This document shows positions 19,285-39,183 of a stretch of DNA of 64,000 bases, piece after piece. How positions within the stretch are numbered: the first letter of the stretch is position 1; each line of letters opens with the position of its first letter. This stretch comes from the human T2T-CHM13v2.0 reference genome, Homo sapiens. The notes below the pieces were generated by a model, which saw only the letters and a program-made list of their open reading frames with translations, ran no database searches and was not told where the DNA came from. The DNA lies in assembly GCF_009914755.1 (NCBI RefSeq), contig NC_060940.1; one strand, given 5' to 3'. Made by a program: the position numbers and the translations under genes.

Positions 19285-19702
19285 TCTGGACAGCGAGGGA
19301 CTCAGGCCCCGGCAGTCTCGGGAGGGTGAGGGCAGAGAGCTACCACCCCCAGGGAGCGCGTCCAAAACCCGGCTGGCGGGGGGGCGGGGAAAGAGGGGGA
19401 GGTTTGCTACTTTCCATAAAACTAAAAGGTCCCTTCGAGGGCGGTATTCTTATAAGTGTGTGTTCTCAGTTTGCCGAACCTACTGTGTTTTCCAAGGGCT
19501 TCTCTCCTTGGGAGGCCGAAAAACGATACAAGGAGGAGAAAGTACATCCCCCCGACCACCCCCACAGTGGTTTAAGGGACAGTATTGGATTGGAAAGGAA
19601 TTAGTAGGATGTCAATTGTGGCAAAGTGTTTGAAGCCCCCAAATAAGGCGCTCCTGAAATGATGAATTGTAACGACATTAGATTAGTCTTTACGTTTGCT
19701 AA

Positions 19703-20113
<411 letters not shown>

Positions 20114-23100
20114 GGCGTTTTATAGAAGGCTGGATAATACGTTCAGGGGAAGTCTCTAAAGCAAGGGTAGTGTGTATAAATCCCCGTCGCAGAACATTAA
20201 CCTTCAGTTGTGTGTACACACACACACACACACACCCTATATAGTTGTAACCTATATAGACTTTCACACATCCTAAGTTATTTGCAAGTCTAGATTTAAA
20301 TTAAGTCTACATAGCAGGGAATAGAAAAGTGAGCTGTACCTGGAAAAAACCTTTGAACACAGCGTTCTTGATACAAGATTTAGGATTTGAAAGACATGGC
20401 ACATGTACACACAGATGACATTTGTGCTGCCTTGGCAAAAACAGTTCTTTACTTCCAGAGTTCTTTCTCTTTAGTATGGGACACGATGAAACAGCACAAT
20501 TTTCAGGAGTCCACAATTCCAGCGAGGCGCGTGGATGGGAAATTGTCACGTTGTGAATTGTGTTTGTGCTTTGCTAAATCGCCACCCGGAGCTGACTGTC
20601 AAATCCTATTTGCTTTGCTAAATAAGGATATCTCATCAAATTAGCCTTTAATGATACTTCTACAAATAGGGTGTTTTACATGAATTAACGAGGCCGGAAC
20701 ACTGACTGTTTCTCCAAGATACTGAGCTATAATGGAGGCGACGAAGCCGAATGTTAAAATTACTGAATTGTTAAGTGTGCAAAATCAGACAGAATTTAGT
20801 GCTAAATGTGAAACAATTTCTGCTTTAATGGTGAGCATTCGCAACAGCACAAGCATTACTTATATTCAGCCGTCTGAAACTGTGCATGTAATTATGAATA
20901 CATTTAACAAACTTTAACCCCCCTCTGAGTCTGGAAACAGTCTAGTATGGTGAAGAGATTATAAATCAGCATTTTGCAGTGAGAAGTCATCATTAATTCA
21001 GCAAAGAATCACAGCTTCTTTTCAGATCCTTCCCACCACCCTCCTACACACCCCCCTCAACCAATAAGGAAAAAAAAATTCAGCATGGAACTGCTGGATA
21101 CACTGAATATATTTTGGCTTTTCTCTTTTTGCCTCTGTGTGAGAAACTTCATTAAGCAGTTGCTGTTCTCTCCCCACCCCCGCTAACCCCCAAAGAAGTG
21201 TGGATTTAAGAAAAAAAAAAAACAAAAAACAAGCAACTTTGAATTTTGTTCTTAGCAATCCCCAAGCCATAGCTGATCTCAGAGAGGCAAAAAAGATGTT
21301 TCAATAGAAAAGAATACGGTATGGCCAGGAGTAAAATATTTAGAGGTGGTTCTGCAATGAATATGATACTTCCTTAAAAATAAAATATACGTTGGTGATT
21401 CAAACCAATGAAAGTTGGAAAAGTCCCTCCAAGGGAACACTCTCTGTTTCCCTTCCCAGCAACCCCCCAACTTAACGTTATGAACAGAAAGATGGAAATT
21501 CTTGCCAGATCAACTATAGCCTCCTAACGATCAGCTCACCCTCCTTTAATTTTGATTGTGGAGCAAATACAGCTATTTTAGCCATGAGGATAAAAATGAG
21601 TGCAGTGAAAAGTTAAGGCAAACTTGGTACTTAAAATCACTCACCAGAATAAAGTGCGTGTACAAACAAAACATTGCTGATCAATTACTTTAAGCAGGCA
21701 TTTTCTTTCTCGCCTGAGCACCCCAAACACAGAAAAATGTAGAGTTCTTTTTGCTTCTTGTATCTGGAGCAGGTGAAAATAAACCCTGACGCTCACAAAC
21801 ATGATATAAACAACATACTTTTCAGGCCTAGTAGCCAAGCCGACTTTTCAGGGAAAGAGATGGACGTTGAAAGAATTTAGGAGTGGACTTGGGGTTCCCT
21901 CCATCACCCCATGCCCAGCTGACCCCTTCTGCCCTTCTCATGACCTCTTTTCAAAGCAGCCAGTGTTCAGATGCTGCCTTTCCAGCGTCCCCAGTTGTAG
22001 GGGACATATGCACATATTTACCAAGCTTTAAAATAAGGTTTCTGATTTTATATCATCCGTCTGAGTTTACGGAACCACAAAGCAAACTTCTTTCTCCGTG
22101 TCCCTGAAATGCTGCCCCACTGCAGCAAAGGGGACTTCGCCTGGGCAGGGAGAGGAGTTAGTGGCTGGTTGCGCCTAAGGTTAGCTGTGCGGTGTGGTAT
22201 GACAGTTTTCTCAGAGATGTGCAAAAATCTAGGCTCTCTTGCTGGAATCGTGTGAGATCAGTGCTGGGCCTGTTGGCATTGGCATTTGTGCCCAAGACAG
22301 CCCAGACCTCTGCCAGCCGAGGCCCAGATGTGGCCTCAGAGCCACTACTGGTGCCCAGACAAGTCCAGACAGGTGCCTGGGGGTCTTTCCTCCCGAGACG
22401 AAGCCTGCAGCAGTTCAGCCAGAAGATGGGGTATTTGGCTCTCAAAGTCAGCCTCCCCAGAGACTCTGCAGGGTTTAATAGCCTGGTGACCCTGTGGGCT
22501 CTGGCGAGGGCAGAACCCCACTTTGCTTTCCAAATGCTCAAAGGGGAACAGATGAGGCTATCCCACAGGCTCAGAGCAAATCTGTCCTGTGTGAGTGCAA
22601 ACGTGGTTCTAGAAGATTCAGAGGCAAAGCTGAGCTTTTGCAGCCCAGCCCCAAGCCCTTGCTCTCGAGCACCAGGGCTGCGATCCTTCGACTTGGGGTG
22701 GGCCTAGGAGGCGTAGCTCCCAGCCAGCAAGACAACACATAACACATCTGAGTTACCGTGCATGTGTTTGCTGGTCTCTTCTCCAGCTCCGTGAGGCCTC
22801 CCACCTGGGAGCTGAGCCTTTTGCTTTGATCAGGCTGGGAGGAAAACCTAGGCCAGGAAGGGCCGGGCTGCAGGCTGGAAGTGGAAAGAAGTGGGCCAGG
22901 TGGACAGAAAAAGGGGCCACCAACTAAGCCACCTTGGGGGTCGGCCCAGAGTGAGAACTGGGCTGGCATTCTGGGTTCAAACACACAAGAAAACTGTCTG
23001 CAGCCTCTCTGCCCTGGCACCAACATGTGCCTGCTCCAGGAAGTTGCACCCAGCCCTGAGTCAGCCAAACCCGTGGGACTCCCATTTGGCCCCAGTAACT

Positions 23101-23739
23101 GGACTCCAGGCTACCAAAGGCCTCGTGGGTTCTCGATCGTATCTTAGAATGGCGTTAAAAGGTCCAGACCCGGCACCTGTAGGCCATGCCGTATTTAGCC
23201 CTAGGTTCACCCGGAGAATATTTTAGGTGCTACTTGAAAGAAGAGATCTGGGCCCTAGTTGCCGGCTGTCACATGGCAAGGGTAGAATCGCTCCCTCACA
23301 GACCTGGCCGAGATGGCCGGGTGCTCACTGGTACAGATGCCCAGAGTCCCTGCCAGAGCTTCGGGGCCATGCGACGGGTGCCAAGGAGCCAGCTAGCGAC
23401 TGGGGCGTCGGTTCTGTGTGGGGATGCCTTTTCACCCCGTTCTCAATCTGAAGGCAGTGAATCCACTTCCATTCACAGAACTCACAGAGGCCTCTCCTCT
23501 CTGAGATGGCCCAGTGTGATATCCCAGGCTGCGTAGTAAGCTCCTCCTCTGGTGTCAGCCATGTGGAGGGGTTAACCCTTTCCTGGCTCTGAGGGTGCTG
23601 GCTGGCACAGGGGGCACCCACCTGCAGGGCCTCAAAGGTCATATGCCTTGGGGAAGACACCCTGAACTCCTTAGTCCTCAGATCTTAGTGGCTGAACCAA
23701 GAGATGGCACCCGGGACCTTAGCAGTAAAACCCGTCCCC

Positions 23740-24012
23740 TTTTTTTTGAGACAGTGTCTTACTCTGTTGCCCAGGCTGGAGTGCAGTGGTGAGCACAGCT
23801 CACTGCAGCCTGAACTTCCTAGGCTCAAGCCTCATCCTCCTGAGTAGCTGGGACTACAAGCACACACCACCACACCTGGCTATTTTTTGCAGAGACTTGG
23901 GGGGGGTCTCACTGTGTTGCCCAGGCTGTTCTCAAACTCCTGGCCTCAAGCAGTCCTCCCACTTTGGCCTCCCAAAGTGCAGGGATTACAGGCGTGAGCC
24001 CCCACGCCAGCC
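23740..24012 (-). mobile_element. AluJ-like element
   Basis: Diverged Alu consensus. Confidence 0.9.
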
Positions 24013-24524
24013 GGTTTGCCCCTTTTGCACCACCAGCGATAACCACTCAGCTCCCCTACCCAAGCCTTAGTCCTTCTGTCCGTGTTGTGGAAACCAGGTA
24101 TTTTCATCAGCATTTCCAAGGGGACTAAGTTTCTCCCATTCCAGAGGAGGAGGTGTTGAAGGATTTGTTGTTCACTTAGATCATTAATGAGGGTCTGGAA
24201 CAGTCATCTGAAGTTTGGGGGAAACGTCACGTCTCCTATGATGCGCCTGGCTTTAGGGAATAATCCTTGTATCCATTTTGGGAACCTGCTCTGGGATTCC
24301 AGATCTGTGGTTTTCTGAGCACGTCTGTGTGGAAGCTGCTGCACTGAGACCTATTTAGCCAATTATTGAGAAGATGAGGTCCCTTTCGTGAGTCTGCACG
24401 GAGCCGCCGTACACCATGAAAGCGCTCACTTGTTTAAAGTTTGCTCTAACTTTGTACATTTTTTCCTTTTTAGTTTTGGCTCTTGGTGCTCTGAGAGCTA
24501 CCACTTCCTGCCAGCTGGTTCGTT

Positions 24525-24611
24525 ACCGCAGGGAAAATGAGGGACTTTTGGGGGCAGATGTGTTTCCATTCCACTATCATAATGCCCCTAAAAATCCTTA
24601 TTGCTCTTGCA
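24525..24611 (+). ncRNA. MIR365A: pre-miR-365a hairpin (5p 24540-24562; 3p 24580-24601)
   Basis: Contains mature TAATGCCCCTAAAAATCCTTAT and AGGGACTTTTGGGGGCAGATGTG. CNNC (CCTC) at 24617-24620. Confidence 0.98.
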
Positions 24612-25939
24612 GTATTCCTCGGGGGTCCCTGGGCCAGAAAGACATCAGCTCGGAGTTCCTCCAGCAACTCAAAGAAGAGAGAAAGCTGTTCCCCAAACTC
24701 TTCCGCTGTAGCGCCTTCTGGGTCCCTGGTAGATGCCTTCTTGTGCTCAAAACCGGTTATCACTGTGAAAAATTGAAAGACGCCATGCGCAGACACTGGT
24801 TGCTAAACGTGCTTTTGCCCTCCAGGGGCAGACGCTGAGATCCGGCCTGGGAAGGAGTACAGCTGTGGCTCCCCATCAGCGTCAGCATTTGCTCTGGGGG
24901 GTTGTAGGGGGAGGTAGGGAAAGCGGAAAGAAACAAGTGTTACCTGTTTGACGAGGCCTGGTCCTTGCAGCCAGGGCCTCCGGGATCATCGCCTTGGCAG
25001 GGGGCCCTGGGGCAGTCCTGGCTTTCCTGCTAGCTCCCTGAGACAGAACACTTTCCCCGCTCGCTGCCTCAGTTTCCCCATACACCAAGGGAGGGGCAGC
25101 ACCCCCTGCTCTGGCTTCAAAGGGTTCTTGGATGTAGCCAATGTTATATATAAAAAGCTCTAACGTTGTATAAGCTCTGAAGGTGCTTTGAAAATTGGAG
25201 AGTCCATGCATTAAACATGGAAGGTAATAATATGAATACACACAGAGGAATTCATGGGTGGGGAGACGGCAGCCCAGCACTGAGCCTGGGTTTCTGGGAT
25301 CAGCCAGGCCTGCATTCCAGCCCGAGCTCTGCGCCTCTCTTGCTGTGTCACCCGGGACAAGTGAGTCAGTCTCTCTGAGCCACCAGCTCCTCAGGCATGA
25401 AACCTGTAACTCAGACTCCCAAGTCTGATTTGCACATCTCTGATTTTAAGCGGCGCCGGCTAAAGGTGAAAATTATTCTAGTAGGTATTCTTTGCACCGC
25501 TGATTTGTACTTCAGGCAATTGGTTGGTTTTCCATTTAGGGTCGGGAGACAGGGGCCCTTTTTTTGTCCATCAATTGATGTCAGTTAAACAAAAAAGAGT
25601 GGGTTTTTTGGAAGAAAAATATTAAGCAACTACAGCTGCCCTGAGGATGGGACAGAAATCAGAAAGTCGTGTGTAAAGTTTCAGAGGTCCACTTTTAGAG
25701 AATTCTTGTTTATCTCAGGGATTTTCCGCACTCCTGTAGTCGGTGTGGGGAGGGGTGGGGGGAGATGGGGGAGTTGCCAGTTCAGATCTGTAGAGGGCTC
25801 CAGCATGACAAAACTGGGTGTCACACATCTTCCTTTTGGGGGTCGGGAAACCACCCTTCCCTGCTCACCGACACCACTGGGACCCCTCACCCCCCCACTC
25901 CTGCATTGATCCATAGCTCAGATTTCTCTCTCATTTTAG

Positions 25940-25957
25940 GGTCACGATGACTCAGCA
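25940..25957 (+). promoter_or_regulatory. overlapping ERE-like and NRF2/NF-E2 (ARE/AP-1) motif
   Basis: GGTCAcgaTGACT has one mismatch to the ERE and overlaps a perfect ATGACTCAGCA. Confidence 0.5.
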
Positions 25958-26389
25958 CCCTCCTTTCTGGCCAGGGCACCTCCCTTGGCCTCTAGGGGCA
26001 CTTGCCTGACAGGCCTCACTGTGCCGGACCTGGGAGCCAGCTGCCCACCAGCCCCCTGGGACTGTGGTTTTGCAGGGAAACAGTGGGTGATCAGTCCCAG
26101 CCGGCAGGGGCCAACTGCGGTTTCACTTTCTGCTGCATCATGGGGTGGGGGGTGGCAGCGGGCCCCCGCTGGCCAGCTAGAGCAGGCACTGAGAGGCCTG
26201 CAGACAGCTGCCGGCCCTGCTGCCAGAACGCACCCCCCACCCACCCCCTGCAGCCTGCCAGGATGGGGGCTGGGCTCTCAGGAGCCCCTTAAATCTTTCC
26301 ACCTGCACAGTGTCGGGGACCTCAAGTGAGAAAAGCCTGGAGCCGATGAGATGGTTTCCTGAGCTGTTGGAGATTCCCCCAAAACAACC

Positions 26390-27196
<807 letters not shown>

Positions 27197-27240
27197 TCAT
27201 GCATACATGTCTGTCATGAGTCAACTCCCAGAACACATAG

Positions 27241-28662
<1,422 letters not shown>

Positions 28663-28664
28663 AT

Positions 28665-29180
28665 AGGTAGGGTTAAGAATAGAGACCTGGGAGCCAGCTG
28701 TCCTGTGTTTGAACTTGACTCTTCTACTGAGTGGTCGGGTGACCTCTGCCAAGATACTTGCCCTCTTTGTGCCTCAGTTCCCCCATCTACAGTTACTAGA
28801 ATATTAGGGCACAGCATAGGGATGTGGTGAGGATGAAATACATGAACGTCTGTAAAGAACTAAGCACGGCGCCTGACATTGATGATGTGCTATATAAGTC
28901 TTAGCTATTATATAAGAATAATAAATGTGAACTATTATTGTAAGATGAAATGCGCCAGCCACAGCAGGCCAGGAACATCAGTAATGTGGCCGAGCCTGTC
29001 CTCTGTGCGAAACGCTTTACAGGCCCTCATCTCACCTAATGGCCACAGCCAACCTGCAGGTGAGCCTAATTGACATCTGAGGCTGGGGAAACTGAGGCTC
29101 AGGCCGGTGAAGAGAGGTATTTAAGGTTAACCAGCAGGCAAGCAGTGTGACCTCAGATGCAGGGCTGGTTTCCAGGGGCT
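28665..29180. mobile_element. two MIRs in opposite orientation
   Basis: GTGCCTCAGTTTCCCCATCT (+, ~28770) and GGGGAAACTGAGGCTCAG (-, ~29090). Confidence 0.75.
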
Positions 29181-29194
29181 GGGACCCACGCTTA

Positions 29195-29497
<303 letters not shown>

Positions 29498-30037
29498 CCT
29501 GATCTAAAGTACTCCAGAGCTGTCACTCTTAACTCCTACCAGCCATATATCACACAGCCAGGCCCACAGTCACCTTCCAAGTCATCAGGATGGTGTTTTG
29601 TAGTAGGACTGAGATCCTGGGAGAATGTGAAGACTCCTTATGGGGCTGAATTGCCAACATTAAAAGGCAGGCGGGGCAGTTGCTAAGGGCAGAGGGCATC
29701 ACTCCTTCATTGCTGTATCCTCAGGGCCTGGTCTGTGTTAGATGTTCAGTTAATAGTTTTAACATGAAGCCAGTGAATCGGAGACTGCTCTATCTCCCCG
29801 GACCCAACCTACTTAAATGACACCTTCCAGGGAAGCAAGTCAGTGGTGCAGTGTCAGATGTCAATCATCCCGAACACCACCCTCCATCCCCCAGTAGACT
29901 TCTGGACAGCCCCTGAGGGTCCCCTAAGACCCTCCCCCTGCCCCAAACCTGTGTGCCCACACCTTGGAGTAGATTCCTGCTTAACGGGCTCTGGTGGGGG
30001 GTTCAGAGGTAACACAAGTATTTAAAGGCATGTGGAG

Positions 30038-30936
<899 letters not shown>

Positions 30937-31200
30937 TGATCCATTGTTTCAAATAATGCTGTGAAGCAGAAGCTGTCCTCACTTTCTAAATAACATCATA
31001 ACCATCGATATGTATTGAATGCTTTGTATGTACTAGGCACTGCACCTGTATGAAGTCAGTCATTTCAGTTGCATAAGCAACATATAAAAAGGGATTATTG
31101 GTATCTCCAGCTTACTGATGAGGAAAGAGAGATGCACTGACGTCCAAGGCCACATACCCGGCATGTGAGGAACTGGGGCTCAGGCCTGGATCTTCCATTC

Positions 31201-31821
31201 CAAGGGTCAGCAGCCCATTTCTGTAAAAGGCCACATTGTGAAGATTTTAGCCTTTGCAGGCAATACAGTCTCTGTTGCAGCTGCTCAACTCTGCCTTTTT
31301 TTTTTTTTTTTTTTTTTTGGTTGGGAGGGACGGAATCTTGCTCTGTTGCCCAGGCTGGCGTGTGGTGGCGCAATCTCGGCTCACTGCAACCTACGATTCC
31401 CTGGTTCAAGTGATCCTCCTGCCTCAGCCTCCTGAGTAGCTGAGATTACAGGTGCCCGCCACCATGCCCAGCTAATTTTTTTTTTGTCTCAGTGTTTTAT
31501 TTTTTTATTTATTATTATACTTTAAGTTCTAGGGTACAACGCCCAGCTAATTGTTGTATTTTTAGTAGAGATAGGGGTTTCAGCATGTTGGCCAGGCTGG
31601 TCTCCATCTCCTGACCTCGTGATCCACCCCCCTCGGCCTCCCAAAGTGCTGGGATTACAGGTGTGAGCCACCGTGCCCGACCAACTCTGGCATTTTAACT
31701 CAAAAGTAGCCACAGATAGTACACAAACAAACGGATGTGGCTGTGTGTTGCAATAAAACTTTATTCACAAAAACAAGGAGTGGGCCAAACTTGGCCCACA
31801 GGCCGTATTTCCTGACTCCTG
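31201..31821 (+). mobile_element. MER58A split by a - Alu (31296-31682)
   Basis: CAAGGGTCAGCA...TTCTGTAAAAGGCC...CAACTCTGCC [Alu] ...CAATAAAACTTTATT...TTGGCCCACAGGCCGTA...GACTCCTG. Confidence 0.85.
31478..31538 (-). mobile_element. ultra-short L1PA 3' end inserted in the Alu linker
   Basis: Reverse complement reads TGTACCCTAGAACTTAAAGTATAATAA plus polyA; TSD AYGCCCAGCTAATT. Confidence 0.85.
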
Positions 31822-32178
31822 TTCCAGAGCAAAAGCTTATCCTTCAGTTAGAACATCATGAACTTGGCCCTGGCAACGTTCTTTTCTCCCCACCTGTGAG
31901 GTGACAGAGTTATGTTTCGGAACAGATGACCACTGTCTCTGGAGAGGTTAGGTTGGCTCCTCCTTCTTTGAGGGAATTCTGCAGCTCTTGGAAATTAGAT
32001 CTATTAGGATTTCTTGGTGACAGCCACAATAGAATACCCTGGGGATTTCAACATTGTAATTTTAGTAGCTGTCAACTGAGTAACTTTTAAAGAGGAAAGA
32101 AAGTGTGGTAGTTCAGAAAAATACCTCAGTGGTTCACTTTGCCTGTGGAAGCCATTCTTTAAACTGAGAATAAAAATC

Positions 32179-32805
<627 letters not shown>

Positions 32806-32821
32806 TAAGACAGAATGGCAG

Positions 32822-32823
<2 letters not shown>

Positions 32824-32865
<42 letters not shown>
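32824..32865. repeat. (GT)n microsatellite, ~21 units
   Basis: Read directly. Confidence 0.97.
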
Positions 32866-32867
<2 letters not shown>

Positions 32868-32961
32868 GGAGAGGGTGGAGAAGAGAAAGGGAATTTCCCA
32901 AGAGGGCAGAGAGCTGGAGCCAAAGGATTCCTAGCAGGAGGGTCAGAGAGGAAGGTGTGAC

Positions 32962-33845
<884 letters not shown>

Positions 33846-33867
33846 GGGCAAGTCTTAATATATTGCC

Positions 33868-34681
<814 letters not shown>

Positions 34682-34991
34682 CCCCACCACTATGTATTAT
34701 GGAAATTTCCCACCATACCTGAAAGTAGTATGTGGTATGTAACAAGCATCCAGTATTCATCATCCAGGTTCGACACCGCTCGGCTTTTGCCTGTGTTCTT
34801 TCCCACTGAGTATTTTAGAGGCAGCATCGCACTTGATGTTGTTTCTTTGTCTGAGAGCTCAACATTTTCTTTTGTCCCAAAGCTTCCAAGTCTCCTGCAC
34901 CCACATCCTTGTGTGGGATGGGATTTGGGGAGAATGGATGAACTGGGGCAGAATCAATGTGGGGAAGGAAGGGAACAGCCCCTGAGAGGGG

Positions 34992-35130
34992 CAGGCCTGG
35001 CTACCTAATTTGCAGGACCCAGGGCAAAATGAAAACGGGAAGCCCTTTGTTCAAAAATTATTATAAAGTTGAAGACAGCAACAGCATGGGCTTGTGTCAC
35101 TGCACACGTTCCATGCCTCCGATGGCTATG
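34992..35130 (-). mobile_element. MER91A-like hAT element
   Basis: GGCTACCTAATTTGCAGGACCCAGGGCAAAATGAAAA...TTGTTCAAAAATTATT...GACAGCAACAGCA. Confidence 0.7.
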
Positions 35131-35391
35131 ACGGCTAGCCTTCTCCTGAGGCCAGCAAAAAGGTGCCCAAGCAGAACTGATTAAGGGGACGCAGGAATTT
35201 ATAGAGCCTCAGGTGTCTGGGTGAGACAGAAGTGCGCCCCTCACCTCCAATCCCTGGAAAGAATCCGAGGATAGTTGGGTCTTCCCTGGCATGTGAGACA
35301 AGATTCAAGCCCATTTCGTTTGAATTTCCAAAAATAAGATGACCCCAGCTGACGTGGGTCATGAGCACTTGAAAAAAAAAAATAACCATTT

Positions 35392-35698
<307 letters not shown>

Positions 35699-36355
35699 CA
35701 TTTGTCTTAAGCCTTCTTCCCTTCTTCCCTAAGCGCCCACAGTTGTTTTATTTGGCCCCACCATTTTGTCCTGGATTCTGAGTGTACTGTGATATCCCAG
35801 CAGATGACAGGGCTGCAGTCTTAAAAACAGAGGTTCCCTGGTTAGCAAAGGACACAGAGCAAGACCAGGAATGCCCAACATGGCAGGTGGCCACGGGAGA
35901 CATTGCCAACCACTCACTCATGGCGCCCAATCCCTCTGAGCTCAGACAGAACTCCATTAGCTTTGCCAAAGGATCATCTTTACTCAAAACACCCAGAGAT
36001 TCGGAACCTCCAGTGTGTGTTGGGTTGACACCCAGGGACTTATACTAACAGGACCCAAGGTGTACTTACGCTAACAGAGCCTTGTCATGAAGGGTTATAG
36101 GGTGACTGGCAAAGGAGAGGAGAGGGTGACAGAAAGGGACTCATTGAGAACAGATGAGAACTGTGCAGCTCCTCCTGTTCTCTGGAGGATGTTCATTCAT
36201 TTCACTACCTGTGTACCTACTGTTCATAGGCGCTGGGGACTGAGCATGAGCTGTATCGTAATCAAGACAGGTGAGGTTCCGACGCTTATGGGCAGAGGCA
36301 ACCATAAACCAATGACTAAAAAACCATTTTAAATCTGATCAAAATCGCATAATGA

Positions 36356-36732
<377 letters not shown>

Positions 36733-36929
36733 CCAGAGTGGGATCTTAAAGCAGAGTCTGGCTCAAGATTGAGACAATTCCCAGCAGAATGAATGGAGCA
36801 GTAACACAGTCAGAAGGCCCTGAGGGAGGCAGGTGGCTCTCTCTGTTCCTGCCAGCACTCTCTCCCCCACTTCTGATAACAGACCTGCCGTACCATGGGA
36901 AGATGGCCAAAAATGGCCGCCCACGGTAC

Positions 36930-37378
36930 TTGTTCCTCGGCTACAGTAATTGGTCCATGTGTAGGCATGTGACCCATCATGACCAATCATAGCAGCCCAC
37001 TTCTGAGCGGGGGCACAGCAATTGTTCCAGGTGTAGTCATGTGACTCAAGCAGGGCGAATTCAGGATTGTCTGCAGAGCTTGTGGGGAGGATGTTTCTTT
37101 CTCTCCCTCCTCCTCTCTGGCATCCAGGCCTTAAAGAGGTAGACTTGGCACTACCAGTGGCCTCAGACAATAAGGCCAATAAGCAGAGAGGAGGAGAAAT
37201 GAAACATGAGGTGAGGGGGTTAGGACAGGAAGAGAACCCAGAGCTTCCAGTCCCTGGATCCTAGAGAGCAATACAGCCTCTTCCCTTTCCTCATCGTAGC
37301 TACCCAGTGAATAAATCCCTCGTTCTACCTCATTCAGATCAACTTCAGTGCCTGTTGTTTGCAACCCACAGTGTCCCA
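36930..37378 (+). mobile_element. old MLT1 (J/K/L-type) LTR
   Basis: ATTGGTCCA..GGCATGTGACCCA..GACCAATCA...AATAAATCCC...TTGCAACC. Confidence 0.65.
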
Positions 37379-37882
37379 ATTCAGGACTTGGGAACTGTTT
37401 TCCTTTTCATGGATTGTGTAGAACTGAAAGGGATACGTCATTCTCAGAACTTATATTCTTGTTCCGATGTGCCAGCTGTACTTAAAAATAAAAGAATCCC
37501 AGACCCATCTCCATGTTCACCACCACCCCTCCTGTTAATTTCCTGCTGAATTGCAGCTCAACGCATGTGCTGGGATTTCAAGTCCTGCCCTAATCAATTT
37601 ACTACCACCTCCCCAACCTTAACCCCAACCTACACGCACCTTCCTACGCTGGCCTGTGCGTGCAGCCTGCCCTGGCCTCTACTGTGACGCCTACCACGTT
37701 ATATTTGTAATGATTTGTTTATGACTGTCCCCATACTAGGGAAGGCATCGAGCTTGAGGAAGAGGCCCCATTCATCTCCGTACCCCAGGCCCTGGTACAC
37801 AGCAGGCAGGTAGCAAGTATGGGAGGGAGGTGGGGGAGGAAGAAGGGGGAAAAAAGGGAGTTCCTTCCTATTTTCTCTCTAG

Positions 37883-38345
<463 letters not shown>

Positions 38346-38764
38346 CCCTATTTTCCTTTTTCTACCTGTCTGCCCTCAGGTAGACACAAACCTCATGCCC
38401 TCACCACCTTCAAGCCTCTACTCCAGTCTACTCCAGTACCCCTTCCCTGACCCCCGGGTCCCTCTTTTTTGTTTTCTCACTCTCTGTAGCACCTTCTACC
38501 ACCATCCACCCTCCTCCGTGTTTTATTTATTTTGTTGATTTCTCCTTCATTGAAATGTCAGCTCCAGGCGGGCACGCATCTTTGTTGTGTTCTCTGCTGA
38601 CTATATCCTCAGCACCTAGAACTGTGTCTGTCACCTAATAGATGCTCAGTAAGTATCTGGAATGAATGGATTATTTGTGTTTGCCAACATACACAGGTCT
38701 ACCAAAGTTGTTTTCTCATGTACCTGTGCATTTCATGCTTCTAATAGGTATAAGGGAAGTCTGG

Positions 38765-39183
38765 TTATATCTTTTCTTCCTGGGACTGCTATAACAAATT
38801 ATCACAGACTACAGGGCTTAACACAGCAGATTCATTTCAAAGTTCTGGTGGCCAGAAGTTGTAAATCTAGCAGGGCTGCCCTCCCTCCAGGCACACTAGG
38901 GAAGATGTGTGTCTTGTCTCTTCCACCTTCTAGTAGCTCTGGCGTTCCTTGGCTTGTGGCCGCATCACTCCGGTCTCTGCCTCCGTCTTCTTACCTTCCT
39001 CTTCTCTCTGTCCTGGTCTCTGCTTCTCTCTTTTAAGGATACATGGATTGCATTTAGTTCCCATCTGGATAATCCAGAACAAATGCCTCCTCTCAAGATC
39101 CTTAATCAGTCTTTTTCCAGTGATTCAGTTTGAAAGCAGACATACTTACTATCTCTCTGGGGGCTGCCATTTAGCCTACTGCA
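38765..39183 (-). mobile_element. MLT1C-like LTR
   Basis: GGGACTGCTATAACAAATTATCACAGACT...GGCGTTCCTTGGCTTGTGGCCGCATCACTCC...TCTCAAGATCCTTAAT. Confidence 0.8.
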
